DNA of 64,000 nt. It comes from an uncultured cyanobacterium. Lineage in GTDB: Bacteria; Cyanobacteriota; Cyanobacteriia; Cyanobacteriales; Nostocaceae. Location of the stretch: the NCBI GenBank assembly GCA_963740315.1, contig CAVUDP010000002.1:1568001-1632000 (forward strand), written 5' to 3'. A program made the position numbers and the translations under genes. Positions 50,821-60,923 of this stretch are shown here, one piece after another. The stretch's first letter is position 1. Each line of letters opens with the position of its first letter. The notes under the pieces are model-generated. The model did not search any database. It saw only the letters and a list, made by a program, of their open reading frames with translations, and was not told the DNA's origin.

Positions 50821-52704
50821 TTGTCCAATATCCTGAAACTGAAACTAACTTCGGGTAAGTTAGAAAGCGGTAGTGCTATAACTATGAAAATCTGCCAAAA
50901 TCCTGAGTGTTCTAATCCTTTTAATTCAAACGGCAATCGGTTTTGCGTTGGTTGTGGTGCCGATAATTTTGGCGATTTGTTAAGAAACCGTTACCGTGTC
51001 AAAAGGTTATTAGGTACGGGTGGTTTTGGTAGAACTTATGAAGCGCAAGATTTAGATAGACTTGATGCTGCCTGCGTTGTGAAGCAGTTTATCAGGGAAT
51101 CTCAAGGAACTACAGCCCGTGCAAAAGCAGCGCAATTGTTTCGTCAAGAAGCCAAACGTTTGTTTGATTTGGGAGAAAATCATTCGCAAATTCCCCGCTT
51201 GGTGGCTTATTTTGAACAAGGTACCTGTATGTATTTGGTACAGGAATTTATTGATGGGGATAATTTACACCAACAGTTACAGCGACAAGCTTTTAGCGAA
51301 TCCGAAATTTGGCAAGTTTTAACCGATTTACTTCCGGTTTTGGAATTTATCCATCAACATCAGGTAATTCATCGCGATATTAAACCAGAAAATATTATTC
51401 GTCGGATTGGTGATGGTAAGTTAGTTTTGATTGACTTTGGTGGTGCTAAACGAGTTACGCAAAATAATTTAGCCCAAAAGGGTACGGGAATTTATACCCT
51501 TGGTTATGCTGCTGCCGAACAAATGGCGGGTTATGCTTGTGCGGCTAGCGATTTGTATGCTTTGGGTGCTACTTGCGTGCGGTTGTTAACCGGCTGTTTG
51601 GTGAAACAAGATGATTCTGGAAATCTTTACGACCCAATTTATGACCCAATTAATGGAAAATGGTTGTGGCAAGAATATTTGCTAAGTAATGGTATTGGTA
51701 TAAGCAATAAGCTGACGCGAATCCTGAATAAGTTACTCAAGCATTTTGTGCGGGAAAGGTATCAATCAGCTGCCGATGTACTGTTGGATGTGAAAGATAC
51801 TTTGTATGATGCTATTCCTTTACCGATTCTAAATACGAATTTTGCGTGCTTATCCGAATTAAAAAAAGCTGATTCGCAACACAAGTTTCAATTTGAGACA
51901 ATTACTATAGATAAATATGCGAAAGTTATAAATCGATCGCGCCATCAAGCCTCTTATTTTGTCCAGGAGTTGGATGGTGCAAACCTAGAAATGGTATACC
52001 TTTGCGGCGGTACCTTTATGATGGGTTCCCTAGAGGATAGAGGTTATGATAGCGAACATCCGCAACATTTTGTGACTATCAAGCCTTTTTATATGAGTAA
52101 GTTTGCCATTACTCAGGCTATTTGGTTAAGAGTAGCCAAACTTCCTCAAATTAATCGTTCGTTAAATCCTGAACCATCTTATTTTAAAGGCGATCGCCAC
52201 CCTGTAGAGCAAATAACTTGGGATGAAGCGGTAGAATTTTGCGATCGCTTGTCCAAATATTCCGGAAGACAGTACCGTTTACCCAGCGAAGCAGAATGGG
52301 AATATGCTTGTCGCGGCAACAGTATTACACCTTTTCATTTTGGCGATACTATCACTTCCGATTTGGTAAACCACGACGGTAACTATACCTATTCGTTAGC
52401 ACCCAAAGGAAAATACCGTCAAGGTACAACACCCGTGGGAAACTTTCCTCCCAACGCTTTTGGATTATATGATATGCACGGCAATGTATGGGAATGGTGC
52501 GCCGATTCCTGGCACGATAGTTATTACAACGCTCCATGTGACGGTAGAGTTTGGCACCAAGGTGGAGATGATAATTTGCGAGTCATGCGCGGTGGCTCTT
52601 GGTTTAACGTACCTCGGTTTTGTCGTAGCGCTTTGAGGTATAAAGGTGAATCAAATTTGCGGGATGTTTTTATTGGGTTGAGAGTTGTGAGTGATGTGGT
52701 TTGA
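50821..52704 (+). CDS. Ser/Thr kinase fused to an FGE-sulfatase (C-type lectin fold) domain; start probably ATG 50884
   Basis: CQNPEC zinc motif, HRDIKPEN, DFGG; RLPSEAEWEYACR, NAFGLYDMHGNVWEWC, RGGSW. Confidence 0.92.
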   Translation: MSNILKLKLTSGKLESGSAITMKICQNPECSNPFNSNGNRFCVGCGADNFGDLLRNRYRVKRLLGTGGFGRTYEAQDLDRLDAACVVKQFIRESQGTTARAKAAQLFRQEAKRLFDLGENHSQIPRLVAYFEQGTCMYLVQEFIDGDNLHQQLQRQAFSESEIWQVLTDLLPVLEFIHQHQVIHRDIKPENIIRRIGDGKLVLIDFGGAKRVTQNNLAQKGTGIYTLGYAAAEQMAGYACAASDLYALGATCVRLLTGCLVKQDDSGNLYDPIYDPINGKWLWQEYLLSNGIGISNKLTRILNKLLKHFVRERYQSAADVLLDVKDTLYDAIPLPILNTNFACLSELKKADSQHKFQFETITIDKYAKVINRSRHQASYFVQELDGANLEMVYLCGGTFMMGSLEDRGYDSEHPQHFVTIKPFYMSKFAITQAIWLRVAKLPQINRSLNPEPSYFKGDRHPVEQITWDEAVEFCDRLSKYSGRQYRLPSEAEWEYACRGNSITPFHFGDTITSDLVNHDGNYTYSLAPKGKYRQGTTPVGNFPPNAFGLYDMHGNVWEWCADSWHDSYYNAPCDGRVWHQGGDDNLRVMRGGSWFNVPRFCRSALRYKGESNLRDVFIGLRVVSDVV

Positions 52705-52776
52705 GTTTGGGTTGGGATTGGGCGGGCAGGGATGCCCACCCCACAAGAGTTTTAAGGTAAAGTGTATCTTAGGATT

Positions 52777-53790
52777 TTATAAACTTTTAACCTCCGCAAT
52801 TATATTAAGTAATTTTTGCGCTTCGGCTTGTTTACCTTGTTGTTGATACAGTTGAGCAGCTTTTTGAAAATCTGCAATTGTACCTTGCTTATCTTCTAAT
52901 GAAGCACGAGCAACACCTCGGTTATAGTAGGTATCGGCATCGTTAGGATTAATTTGTATAGATGAGTTGTAATCAGCTATCTCTCCTTGATAATCTTTTA
53001 ACTGACCACGAGCAACACCCCGATTGTTATAAGCTTGGGCATTGTTGGGATTAATTTCGATGGCTTTGTTGTAATCAGCTATCTCTCCTTGATAATCTTT
53101 TAACTGACCACGAGCAGCACCCCGATTATTGTAGGCATTGGCATAGTTGGGATTAATTTTTATCGCTTTGTTGTAATCAGTTATTGCCCCTTGATAATCT
53201 TTTAACTGACGACGAGCAATACCCCGGTTGTTGTAGGCTTCGGCTAGTTTGGGACTAATTTGTATAGATGAGTTGTAATCTGCTATTGCTCCTTGATAAT
53301 CTTTTAACTGACGGCGAGCAACACCTCGGTTGTTGTAGGCACTGGCATTGTTAGGATTAATTTGTATGGCTTTAGTGAAATCAGCGATCGCTCCTCGATA
53401 ATCTTTTAATTCATCACGAGCAACACCTCGGTTATAGTAGGTATCGGCATCGTTAGGATTAATTTGTATAGCTTTGTTGTAATCAGCTATCTCTCCTTGA
53501 TAATCTTTTAACTGACCACGAGCAACACCCCGATTGTTATAAGCTTGGGCATTGTTGGGATTAATTTCGATGGCTTTGTTGTAATCAGCTATCTCTCCTT
53601 GATAATCTCCTTGTTCAAAGCGCTTGTTACCACTTTCATAATATTTTGCAGCATCTTGAAGATTTGCTTGAGCTAGCTGTAATTTGGATTCTTGTCTTAA
53701 TTCAATAGTCGAAGGTAAATTTGCATTAGCCTTGGAACTAAAAGCAATTACTCCCAATGCCAACATTGCCGTTATTTTTAATACTTGCAC
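52777..53790 (-). CDS. secreted TPR-repeat protein
   Basis: Signal peptide plus about eight 34-aa repeats (AYNNRGVAR...DYQGAIADYNKAIxINP). Confidence 0.92.
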   Translation of the reverse strand: MQVLKITAMLALGVIAFSSKANANLPSTIELRQESKLQLAQANLQDAAKYYESGNKRFEQGDYQGEIADYNKAIEINPNNAQAYNNRGVARGQLKDYQGEIADYNKAIQINPNDADTYYNRGVARDELKDYRGAIADFTKAIQINPNNASAYNNRGVARRQLKDYQGAIADYNSSIQISPKLAEAYNNRGIARRQLKDYQGAITDYNKAIKINPNYANAYNNRGAARGQLKDYQGEIADYNKAIEINPNNAQAYNNRGVARGQLKDYQGEIADYNSSIQINPNDADTYYNRGVARASLEDKQGTIADFQKAAQLYQQQGKQAEAQKLLNIIAEVKSL

Positions 53791-54045
53791 CTTGAAGTCC
53801 TAATTAAGATAAATGTTTATTAAAAGCTTTTTTGAAAACAATTTTAACTGACTTTAATTGATTTTTTTATACGCGCTATTACTTAATAATATATAAATTT
53901 ATGTTCGATAATCTTGTAAGAATTAAGCGATATTACGAAGATTCGTTTTGATTATTTTGAATGCATAAAGATAAAAAAATTAAAAAAAACCTCTCCATTT
54001 ACTACAGGAAAGGTTTGAATTAAATAAAAAATGCAAGATGTAAGT

Positions 54046-55422
54046 TTACAAACTTTTAACTTTACTAATTAGCTGAAGTACTTTTTGCGCTTCGGCTTTT
54101 CTACCTTGCTTTTGATACAGTTGAGCAGCTTTTTGAAAATCTTTAATTGCTCCTTGCTTGTCTCCTAATAATCCACGAGCAATACCTCGGTTGTTGTAAC
54201 CTTCGGCATAGTTGGGATTGATTTCGATGGCTTTGGTGTAATCAACGATCGCTAGTTGATAATCTTTTAGCTTAAGACGAGCAACACCCCGGTTGTAATA
54301 TGCTACGGCATAGTTGGGATTAATTGTTGTAGCTTTGGTGTAATCTGCTATTGCTAGTTGATAATCTTTTAAATCAAGACGAGCATTACCCCGGTTGTAG
54401 TAAACATCAGCATAGTTAGGGTTAATTTCGATGGATTTGGTGTAATCTGCTATTGCTAGTTGATAATCTTTTAATTTAAGACGAGCAAGACCCCGGTTGT
54501 AGTAGGCATTGGCATAGTTGGGAGTAATTTCGATGGCTTTGGTGTTATCTGCGTTAAGCGAAGCTCTACCGGAGGTAATCGCTCCTTGATAATCTTTTAA
54601 TTTAAGACGAGCAACACCCCGGTTGTAGTAAACATCGGCATATTTGGGATTAATTTCGATGGATTTGGTGTAATCAGCGTTAAGCGAAGCTCTACCGGAG
54701 GTAATCGCTCCTCGATAATTTTTTAACCTATAATGAGCAAGACCCCGGTTGAAGTAAACATCAGCAAGGTAGACACCCGAATAATTAGGAATAGCTTTGG
54801 TGTAATCTGCGTTAAGCGAAGCTCTACCGGAGGTAATCGCTGCTGAATAATCTTTTAACCTATAATGAGCGCGACCTCGGTTAAAGTAAGCATCAGCAAG
54901 GTAGACACCCGAATAATTGGGAATAGCTTTGGTGTAATCAGCGTTAAGCGAAGCTCTACCGGAGGTAATCGCTGCTCGATAATCTTTCAAGAGACTACTA
55001 ACAAGACCCCGATTATAGTAAGCTTGCGGAAAGTTAGGATTAATTTCTACGACTTTAGTATAGTCAGCCATTGCTCCCGGATAATCTTTTAATTTATAAC
55101 GAGCGCGACCTCGGTTGAAGTAGGCATCATCAGAGTTAGGATTAATTTCTATAGCTTTGGTGAAATCAGCGTTAAGCGAAGCTCTACCGGAGGTAATCGC
55201 TCCTTGATAATCTTCTCGCTTAAAACGCTGATTACCGCTATTCAAGTGTTTTTCAGCATCTTTTAAATTCGCTTGAGCTAACTCTAATCCAGATTCTGGT
55301 CTTAATTGAGTAGTTGCAGGTAAATCTGTCGCATTAGCTTTGGGGCTATAAGCAATTATTCCTAATACCAACGTTGCAACCGTTAACTTAAATGCTTTCA
55401 TTTTTGTTTCCAATAAGTACAA
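54046..55422 (-). CDS. secreted TPR-repeat protein with five in-frame 8-aa insertions
   Basis: TPR repeats; AITSGRASLNAD replaces AIAD five times. Confidence 0.9.
   Translation of the reverse strand: MYLLETKMKAFKLTVATLVLGIIAYSPKANATDLPATTQLRPESGLELAQANLKDAEKHLNSGNQRFKREDYQGAITSGRASLNADFTKAIEINPNSDDAYFNRGRARYKLKDYPGAMADYTKVVEINPNFPQAYYNRGLVSSLLKDYRAAITSGRASLNADYTKAIPNYSGVYLADAYFNRGRAHYRLKDYSAAITSGRASLNADYTKAIPNYSGVYLADVYFNRGLAHYRLKNYRGAITSGRASLNADYTKSIEINPKYADVYYNRGVARLKLKDYQGAITSGRASLNADNTKAIEITPNYANAYYNRGLARLKLKDYQLAIADYTKSIEINPNYADVYYNRGNARLDLKDYQLAIADYTKATTINPNYAVAYYNRGVARLKLKDYQLAIVDYTKAIEINPNYAEGYNNRGIARGLLGDKQGAIKDFQKAAQLYQKQGRKAEAQKVLQLISKVKSL
54551..55200 (+). mobile_element. five copies of a 24-nt HIP1-inserted small dispersed repeat
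   Basis: GCG[TTAAGCGAAGCTCTACCGGAGGTA]ATCGC with inserts at 54554-54577, 54680-54703, 54812-54835, 54944-54967 and 55172-55195. Confidence 0.9.
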
Positions 55423-55955
55423 ATTATTCTCGGAATTATGGACTCGTTACCAATTGACAAGATATGTGCGATATCAAAATTTTGCTTAATCTTGGGGTTA
55501 AAGATTTATCATTTTTCAAACGGGAGTTATTCATAGCCTTTTACAAAAAGTTATAAATTGATTTCCCTGTGCTATAAATATTACTCATAAAATCTTATTT
55601 TTTATGAATACGGTAGTGTCTTAAGAAGAACAATCAAATTTTATCTTTAGATTTAAAACGAATATATTCAAATACTGATACTGTTGTATCATGTTTGTGT
55701 CAAGCTAATTATAAGAACTTAATTGTCTTCTCTCCAGAGAATTTTTTAACTAACTGTAAATAATTTGCACTGCCAATATTATCACCAATATTGGATCGAA
55801 AAGATGATACTGATATGTCTTGACAATTACATCTTTACATAATATTTACCCTAGTTATATTTTTCTTGGAATATTCAAACAGGCTAAACAAAAAACCCCT
55901 CCTCTGAGAGAAAAGGTTTTAACTAAAGGTTTGTTATTTTACAATTGCAGAAAAT

Positions 55956-56444
55956 TTACTTACTACTAACTATCTTCGTAAACTCAACTAACTTTTGCGA
56001 TTTTGCTTCTTCTCCTTGGTTTCGGTACATAGAAATAGCTTTTTGCAAATCTGTCATACCTGCTGCTTCGTCTCCTGAAAATCCACGAGCAACATCCCGA
56101 TTGTAGTAGGCATCGGCATAGTTAGGATTAATTTGTATGACTTTGGTAAAATCGGCGATCGCTCTTTGATAATTTTGTAACTGATGACGAGCAATAGCCC
56201 GGTTGTAATAGGCTGCGACTAGTTTGGGATTAATTTGTATGGCTTTAGTAAAGTCGGCGATCGCTCCTCGATAATTCCCTTGCTCTAAGCGTTTGATGCC
56301 GCTATTAAAATATTTTGCAGTATCTTGGCGATTTGCTTGAGCTAGCCGTAATTTAGATTCTTGTCTTAATTCAGTTGCATTAGTCTTGGAACTAAAAACA
56401 ACTATTCCCAATATCAAAATTGCCGTTATTTTTAATAATTGCAC
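55956..56444 (-). CDS. short secreted TPR-repeat protein (paralogue of 52777-53790)
   Basis: Similar signal peptide and upstream region; about 3 TPRs. Confidence 0.88.
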   Translation of the reverse strand: MQLLKITAILILGIVVFSSKTNATELRQESKLRLAQANRQDTAKYFNSGIKRLEQGNYRGAIADFTKAIQINPKLVAAYYNRAIARHQLQNYQRAIADFTKVIQINPNYADAYYNRDVARGFSGDEAAGMTDLQKAISMYRNQGEEAKSQKLVEFTKIVSSK

Positions 56445-56944
56445 CTTAAAATCCTAATTAATACAAATGTTTATTAAAAGTTTGTTTTGAAACAATTTTA
56501 ACTGAGTTTTATTAAGATTCTTATACGGGCTACTACTTAAAAAGTATATGAATTTCTGTCCCATGCTATTTTAATGATTCAGCTATCTTACGTATATAAA
56601 AATTTTAGAATTAAAAAAGTAAATTTAGGGACTTTGACTCTTCTTTATTTTTTATTTACGAATGACTTTTGCCTTGTTTACTGATATAAAAGGCAATATC
56701 TGACCTCGCAATACTATAGTAAATACTTACGAACAATATTATTTAGTTAGGTTTTTAAAAATGAAAAAATACACAAATGTAGTCACAGACACATTGTATG
56801 GTAGGCATTTTTATAATTAGCGAATTAAAATTGCGATCTGATCCTGTGGACTATTTTTGAGATAAATTAATAAATTATCTATGTCTGATGTTTGTATTGA
56901 TAAATCCGGAAAACACTGGAAAGCAATAAAATTTAAAGGTCGTA

Positions 56945-58363
56945 ATGATTTTATCCTCTTCGACTACGGGTAGCGATTGTATCTGTGCTTACTGCTTTCG
57001 TCCCGTTCACTTTAAAAGTGCTTCAATAGATAGAAATACTGGTGTTTATTCTAGGATACAGCACTTCGCTCACGCTGTTGTCGGGGATAAAAATTTTTGC
57101 CCCTATGAGTGTGCGGAAAGTTTGGAACACGTATCGTTTAAACGTCAGCGACTTGCAAGCCTTATTAGTGCTAATCTGGAATACACTAAAATAAATGGCT
57201 TTGCACCGCAAGTGGAGCAATCTGTCAAAATTGTTGGTAAAAGCAAGAAAAGAGGTAGACGCGCCGATATTCTAACCAGAGTCAACGATAAACCTATTTT
57301 TGCAGTCGAAATAGAAACCTCCCGTAAGGAAATTGCAAATATTGAGTCAAGGATATTGGATTATCACGCTAGTGCGATCGCAAATGATTGGACTGCGACG
57401 GATGAAGTTACTGACAGCGACATGAAGCCCATTTTAAGCTACGGTACTCACTATTTGAAGTTGCAGACTACATATGCAAAAGTAACTAAGATTGACGAGC
57501 GCACTGGTTTTCGTTATTTTGATGAAGATAAAAGTCAGATAGAACGTCAGCACGCTATTGTTTACACTCCTTATGTACGCAATCAAATCGGTAAACAAAC
57601 TGCTCAAGACTTAACTTTGGAAGTAGAAGCGGAAAACATCGAACGATTAATTAAAGCCCAAGAGAATCTAACAAATAATCAAGAAGAATGGGTTAAGCGT
57701 CGTAACGAATTTAGCAATAAAAAAGTATCTCCTGAAGAACAACAGCAACAGCTAAAGTTCCCTCCCGGATGTGAGTTTCCTTTAAAGGAATTTATCGAAG
57801 CTTATCCAGATATTATGCATTATCCGCGTCAAAAGGTGCGGGTATATGAAACTGATGGTTTTATGACAAGCATAAACTTCGATAGCAGAAGTGTGATATG
57901 GATGGAGTATGGTAGCGATCGCGTTAAAGAAGCTGCTATTGATGAAGTAGTTGTAATCGATCCTTACTTTCATGCAGTAGAAGAGTTTAAAAGTTTAGCT
58001 ACCGAAGACCAACAAAAACAGTACCGCGACAACTTTTTACAACAAAAAGAACACATTGAACAAGTTGCACAACAGCAATATCAACAACAGAACGAACAAA
58101 TACAAGCATCAGCAACAATTGATGGGGTCATTCAAACAATTAAACCCGGAAGGCTCATAGAAATACGAAAACAGCTAGGCTCATCGTTTGATGAGCGATG
58201 CAAAGAGTTAATTGGAAGAGCTGCTGCAATTAAAGGAATGTCAAATATGGTTCTGTATTCTGGAACTATTCAACAAATAGATATTAAATCTGACATGGCA
58301 TATCTTCAAACCACAAATCATGGCATAAAAAAGGACTATATTCAAAATCTACATATCAATTAA
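56945..58363 (+). CDS. hypothetical protein with CoiA-like zinc and PD-(D/E)xK nuclease N-terminus; may be frameshifted from ATG 56881
   Basis: CAYC...HFAH...CP...ESLEH, RRADIL...FAVEIETS. Confidence 0.6.
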   Translation: MILSSSTTGSDCICAYCFRPVHFKSASIDRNTGVYSRIQHFAHAVVGDKNFCPYECAESLEHVSFKRQRLASLISANLEYTKINGFAPQVEQSVKIVGKSKKRGRRADILTRVNDKPIFAVEIETSRKEIANIESRILDYHASAIANDWTATDEVTDSDMKPILSYGTHYLKLQTTYAKVTKIDERTGFRYFDEDKSQIERQHAIVYTPYVRNQIGKQTAQDLTLEVEAENIERLIKAQENLTNNQEEWVKRRNEFSNKKVSPEEQQQQLKFPPGCEFPLKEFIEAYPDIMHYPRQKVRVYETDGFMTSINFDSRSVIWMEYGSDRVKEAAIDEVVVIDPYFHAVEEFKSLATEDQQKQYRDNFLQQKEHIEQVAQQQYQQQNEQIQASATIDGVIQTIKPGRLIEIRKQLGSSFDERCKELIGRAAAIKGMSNMVLYSGTIQQIDIKSDMAYLQTTNHGIKKDYIQNLHIN

Positions 58364-58585
58364 ATCTTTATAATTTGCGTCTCTACAAGGGTTTATTTTT
58401 CTCAAACACCCTATATATAGGCGCACATATTCCCATTATAAAAATACATTACCATAGGCGAAAAAGATCGTCAAGACCTTTGATATAAATTTTTTCCCAG
58501 ACAGGCATCGTTATAAATTATTAATATCCGTACCAACTGCAAACGATTGTGGAAGTCGGTGGGATAACAGTTAAAGGGTTAAAAG

Positions 58586-60070
58586 ATGTTTAATTCGTCA
58601 GAAACAGCAATTATAGCTGCGATTGTATTGTCTACTTTGGGAATTCTGGGATGGGGCTTCGTTCGCGCTAAACCTTTTGGCAAGTTGGGTATCCTAGCTT
58701 GGCTTCAGTCGGTGGTGTTGATAACCCCCTGGCTGTTATTTTTCGGTTTGCTTGCTATGGGGATCTATATCAATATTGCAGGTATACTCTTTCTTGTGAT
58801 TGCTTCTGCTGGTTTGTATATTGCCTTGGGCAGACAGTTGCGGACGATGGGACAAGAGGAAATGATTAAGAAAAAAGCGTCCCAAAGGATTGCCGAGGAA
58901 GCATTGCAAGAAGATTCCAACCAACCAGCGGCAGAAAATCAGCCACAACAACCGGAAATAACACCGATTCCGGAAGAAGATTTGAGTAATATCAGAAGTA
59001 TTTTCGGTATCGATACATATTTTGCTACTGAAACTATTGCTTATCAAGAAGGAGCTATTTTTAAAGGTAATTTGAGAGGTGAACCGGAAGAAGTTTTCGA
59101 CCGTTTGAGTGCGAGTTTACGCGAACGTGTTGGTGACAAATATCGCCTATTTTTACTACAAAACCCGGAAGGTAGACCTACTATAATCGTCTTACCGAGT
59201 CGCAATGACCCGCGTTCGATGACTCCGGCACAAAAAGCCTTTGCAGGTATCCTTTTATTAGCAACTATCGCCACAAGTTTAGAAGCGGGAGGAGTTTTAT
59301 TAAATTTCGATTTGTTTTCTAATCCAGGAAGGTTTCAAGAATCTTTACCGATCGCAGTAGGGTTTTTCACGGTTTTAGTAGCTCACGAAGTCGGACACCG
59401 GGTACTTGCTCGCCGTCACGATGTCAAATTAAGTTTACCTTACCTGCTTCCTTCGGTGGAAATTGGATCTTTCGGTGCAATTACCCGCTTTGAATCGTTG
59501 CTACCCAATCGTAAAGTTTTGTTTGATATTGCTTTAGCAGGTCCGGCATTCGGCGGAATTGTTTCATTCTTAATGTTAATTGTGGGATTGTTGCTTTCCC
59601 ACCAAGGAAGTTTGTTTCAATTACCAAACGAGTTTTTTCAAGGTTCGATTTTAGTCGGAAGCTTAGCGCGGGTTGTACTTGGTGAAGCTTTACAATCGCC
59701 AATAGTAGACGTGAATCCTTTGGTGGTAATTGGCTGGTTGGGTTTGGTGGTTACGGCTTTGAATTTAATGCCAGCCGGACAACTAGATGGCGGTAGAATT
59801 GTACAAGCTATTTACGGACGTAAAATCGCCGGACGCACTACATTAGCAACCTTGATTATTTTAGGAATAGTTGGTTTAGGTAATTCTTTGGCTTTATATT
59901 GGGCGATCGTGATTTTGTTTTTACAAAGAGACTTAGAACGTCCGAGTTTAAACGAAATTACCGAACCCGATGATGCACGCGCTGCATTAGGATTATTAGC
60001 ATTATTCTTGATGGTTGCAACTTTGATACCCCTTAGTCCCGGTTTAGCGGGTAGGTTGGGGATTGGCTGA
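58586..60070 (+). CDS. site-2 protease (M50 family) membrane metalloprotease
   Basis: AHEVGH (HExxH), [17 protein letters not shown]. Confidence 0.93.
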   Translation: MFNSSETAIIAAIVLSTLGILGWGFVRAKPFGKLGILAWLQSVVLITPWLLFFGLLAMGIYINIAGILFLVIASAGLYIALGRQLRTMGQEEMIKKKASQRIAEEALQEDSNQPAAENQPQQPEITPIPEEDLSNIRSIFGIDTYFATETIAYQEGAIFKGNLRGEPEEVFDRLSASLRERVGDKYRLFLLQNPEGRPTIIVLPSRNDPRSMTPAQKAFAGILLLATIATSLEAGGVLLNFDLFSNPGRFQESLPIAVGFFTVLVAHEVGHRVLARRHDVKLSLPYLLPSVEIGSFGAITRFESLLPNRKVLFDIALAGPAFGGIVSFLMLIVGLLLSHQGSLFQLPNEFFQGSILVGSLARVVLGEALQSPIVDVNPLVVIGWLGLVVTALNLMPAGQLDGGRIVQAIYGRKIAGRTTLATLIILGIVGLGNSLALYWAIVILFLQRDLERPSLNEITEPDDARAALGLLALFLMVATLIPLSPGLAGRLGIG

Positions 60071-60074
60071 AGGT

Positions 60075-60262
60075 GAAGGGGGGATGGGGAGATGGGGAGA
60101 GGGGGGGATGGGGGGATGGGGAGAGGGGGGGATGGGGAGATGGGGGGATGGGGAGATGGGGGGATGGGGAGAGGGGGGGATGGGGAGATGGGGGGATGGG
60201 GAGATGGGGGGATGGGGAGAGGGGGGGATGGGGAGATGGGGGGATGGGGAGATGGGGGGAGA
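60075..60262. repeat. G-rich STRR array (GGGGAGAT/GGGGGGAT)n
   Basis: About 20 octamer-type units. Confidence 0.9.
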
Positions 60263-60268
60263 GATTTG

Positions 60269-60652
60269 TTATTTGAGTATCCAGATTGATGAGTTGTTTA
60301 TCATTTTGACTAATCCACCTAAAATCTGGTTATAGGTAGCGTACATCTCTCGTCCGCATTCGACATCTAAATAGTTGCATTTGACAGCAAATTTGATCCA
60401 GATTTGTGTTTCAGCCGCTTCTGCTTCTGAATCGTTCAATTTAGCGATAAAAGCTGCTTGGTAACGGCGTTTCCTCCATGCCTCAGCCAAATTAGCACAT
60501 ACAGAGCGAGACGAACGGCGAATTTGATCTGTTAACGAATACCTTTCTTCAATAGGAAATTTTTTGGAGCATTCATAAATTTTCATCGCAGCATCAAAAG
60601 CCAACTGTAAAACTTCCAAATCTTCATGACTCTTGATATTCCCTCTCCCCAT
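60269..60652 (-). CDS. four-helix-bundle protein (23S rRNA IVP / Avd-like family)
   Basis: SHEDLEV...[31 protein letters not shown]...EAAETQIW. Confidence 0.9.
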   Translation of the reverse strand: MGRGNIKSHEDLEVLQLAFDAAMKIYECSKKFPIEERYSLTDQIRRSSRSVCANLAEAWRKRRYQAAFIAKLNDSEAEAAETQIWIKFAVKCNYLDVECGREMYATYNQILGGLVKMINNSSIWILK

Positions 60653-60734
60653 CTCTTAATCCCCCAATCAAGTTTTCTCTTTCCACTTCTATACTTCCCC
60701 AAAAACCTCCTTAACTAACAATATTTTTACTCTT

Positions 60735-60918
60735 ACTCCCCATCCCCCAATCTCCCCATCCCCCAATCTCCCCCGCTCGCCGCACGCTCCGCGTGAACGG
60801 GTTGCGCCACTTGCTACAAGTCGGGGAACCCGCGAGGGCGCAGTGGCTTACCATCTCCCCCTCTCCCCCTCTCCCCCTCTCCCCCTCTCCCCATCTCCCC
60901 CTCTCCCCATCCCCCCCT
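60735..60918. repeat. C-rich STRR array (CCCCATCT/CCCCCTCT)n containing the inverted 78-nt element at 60775-60852
   Basis: Direct reading. Confidence 0.9.
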
Positions 60919-60923
60919 AATTC

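Noticed and set aside
54551..55200. CRISPR array (five identical ~32-nt repeats at 126-228 nt spacing)
   Set aside because: The spacers are homologous TPR-coding sequence in an open frame and far too long; no cas genes are present.
60063..60335. Gly/Trp-rich ORFs (MGRWGDG...) here and at 32316-32778
   Set aside because: Translations of STRR or Pro-Thr repeats, not real genes.
50821..60652. Complete DGR locus (FGE target plus Avd-like gene)
   Set aside because: No reverse transcriptase or template repeat in the window; kept only as a low-confidence remote-target lead.
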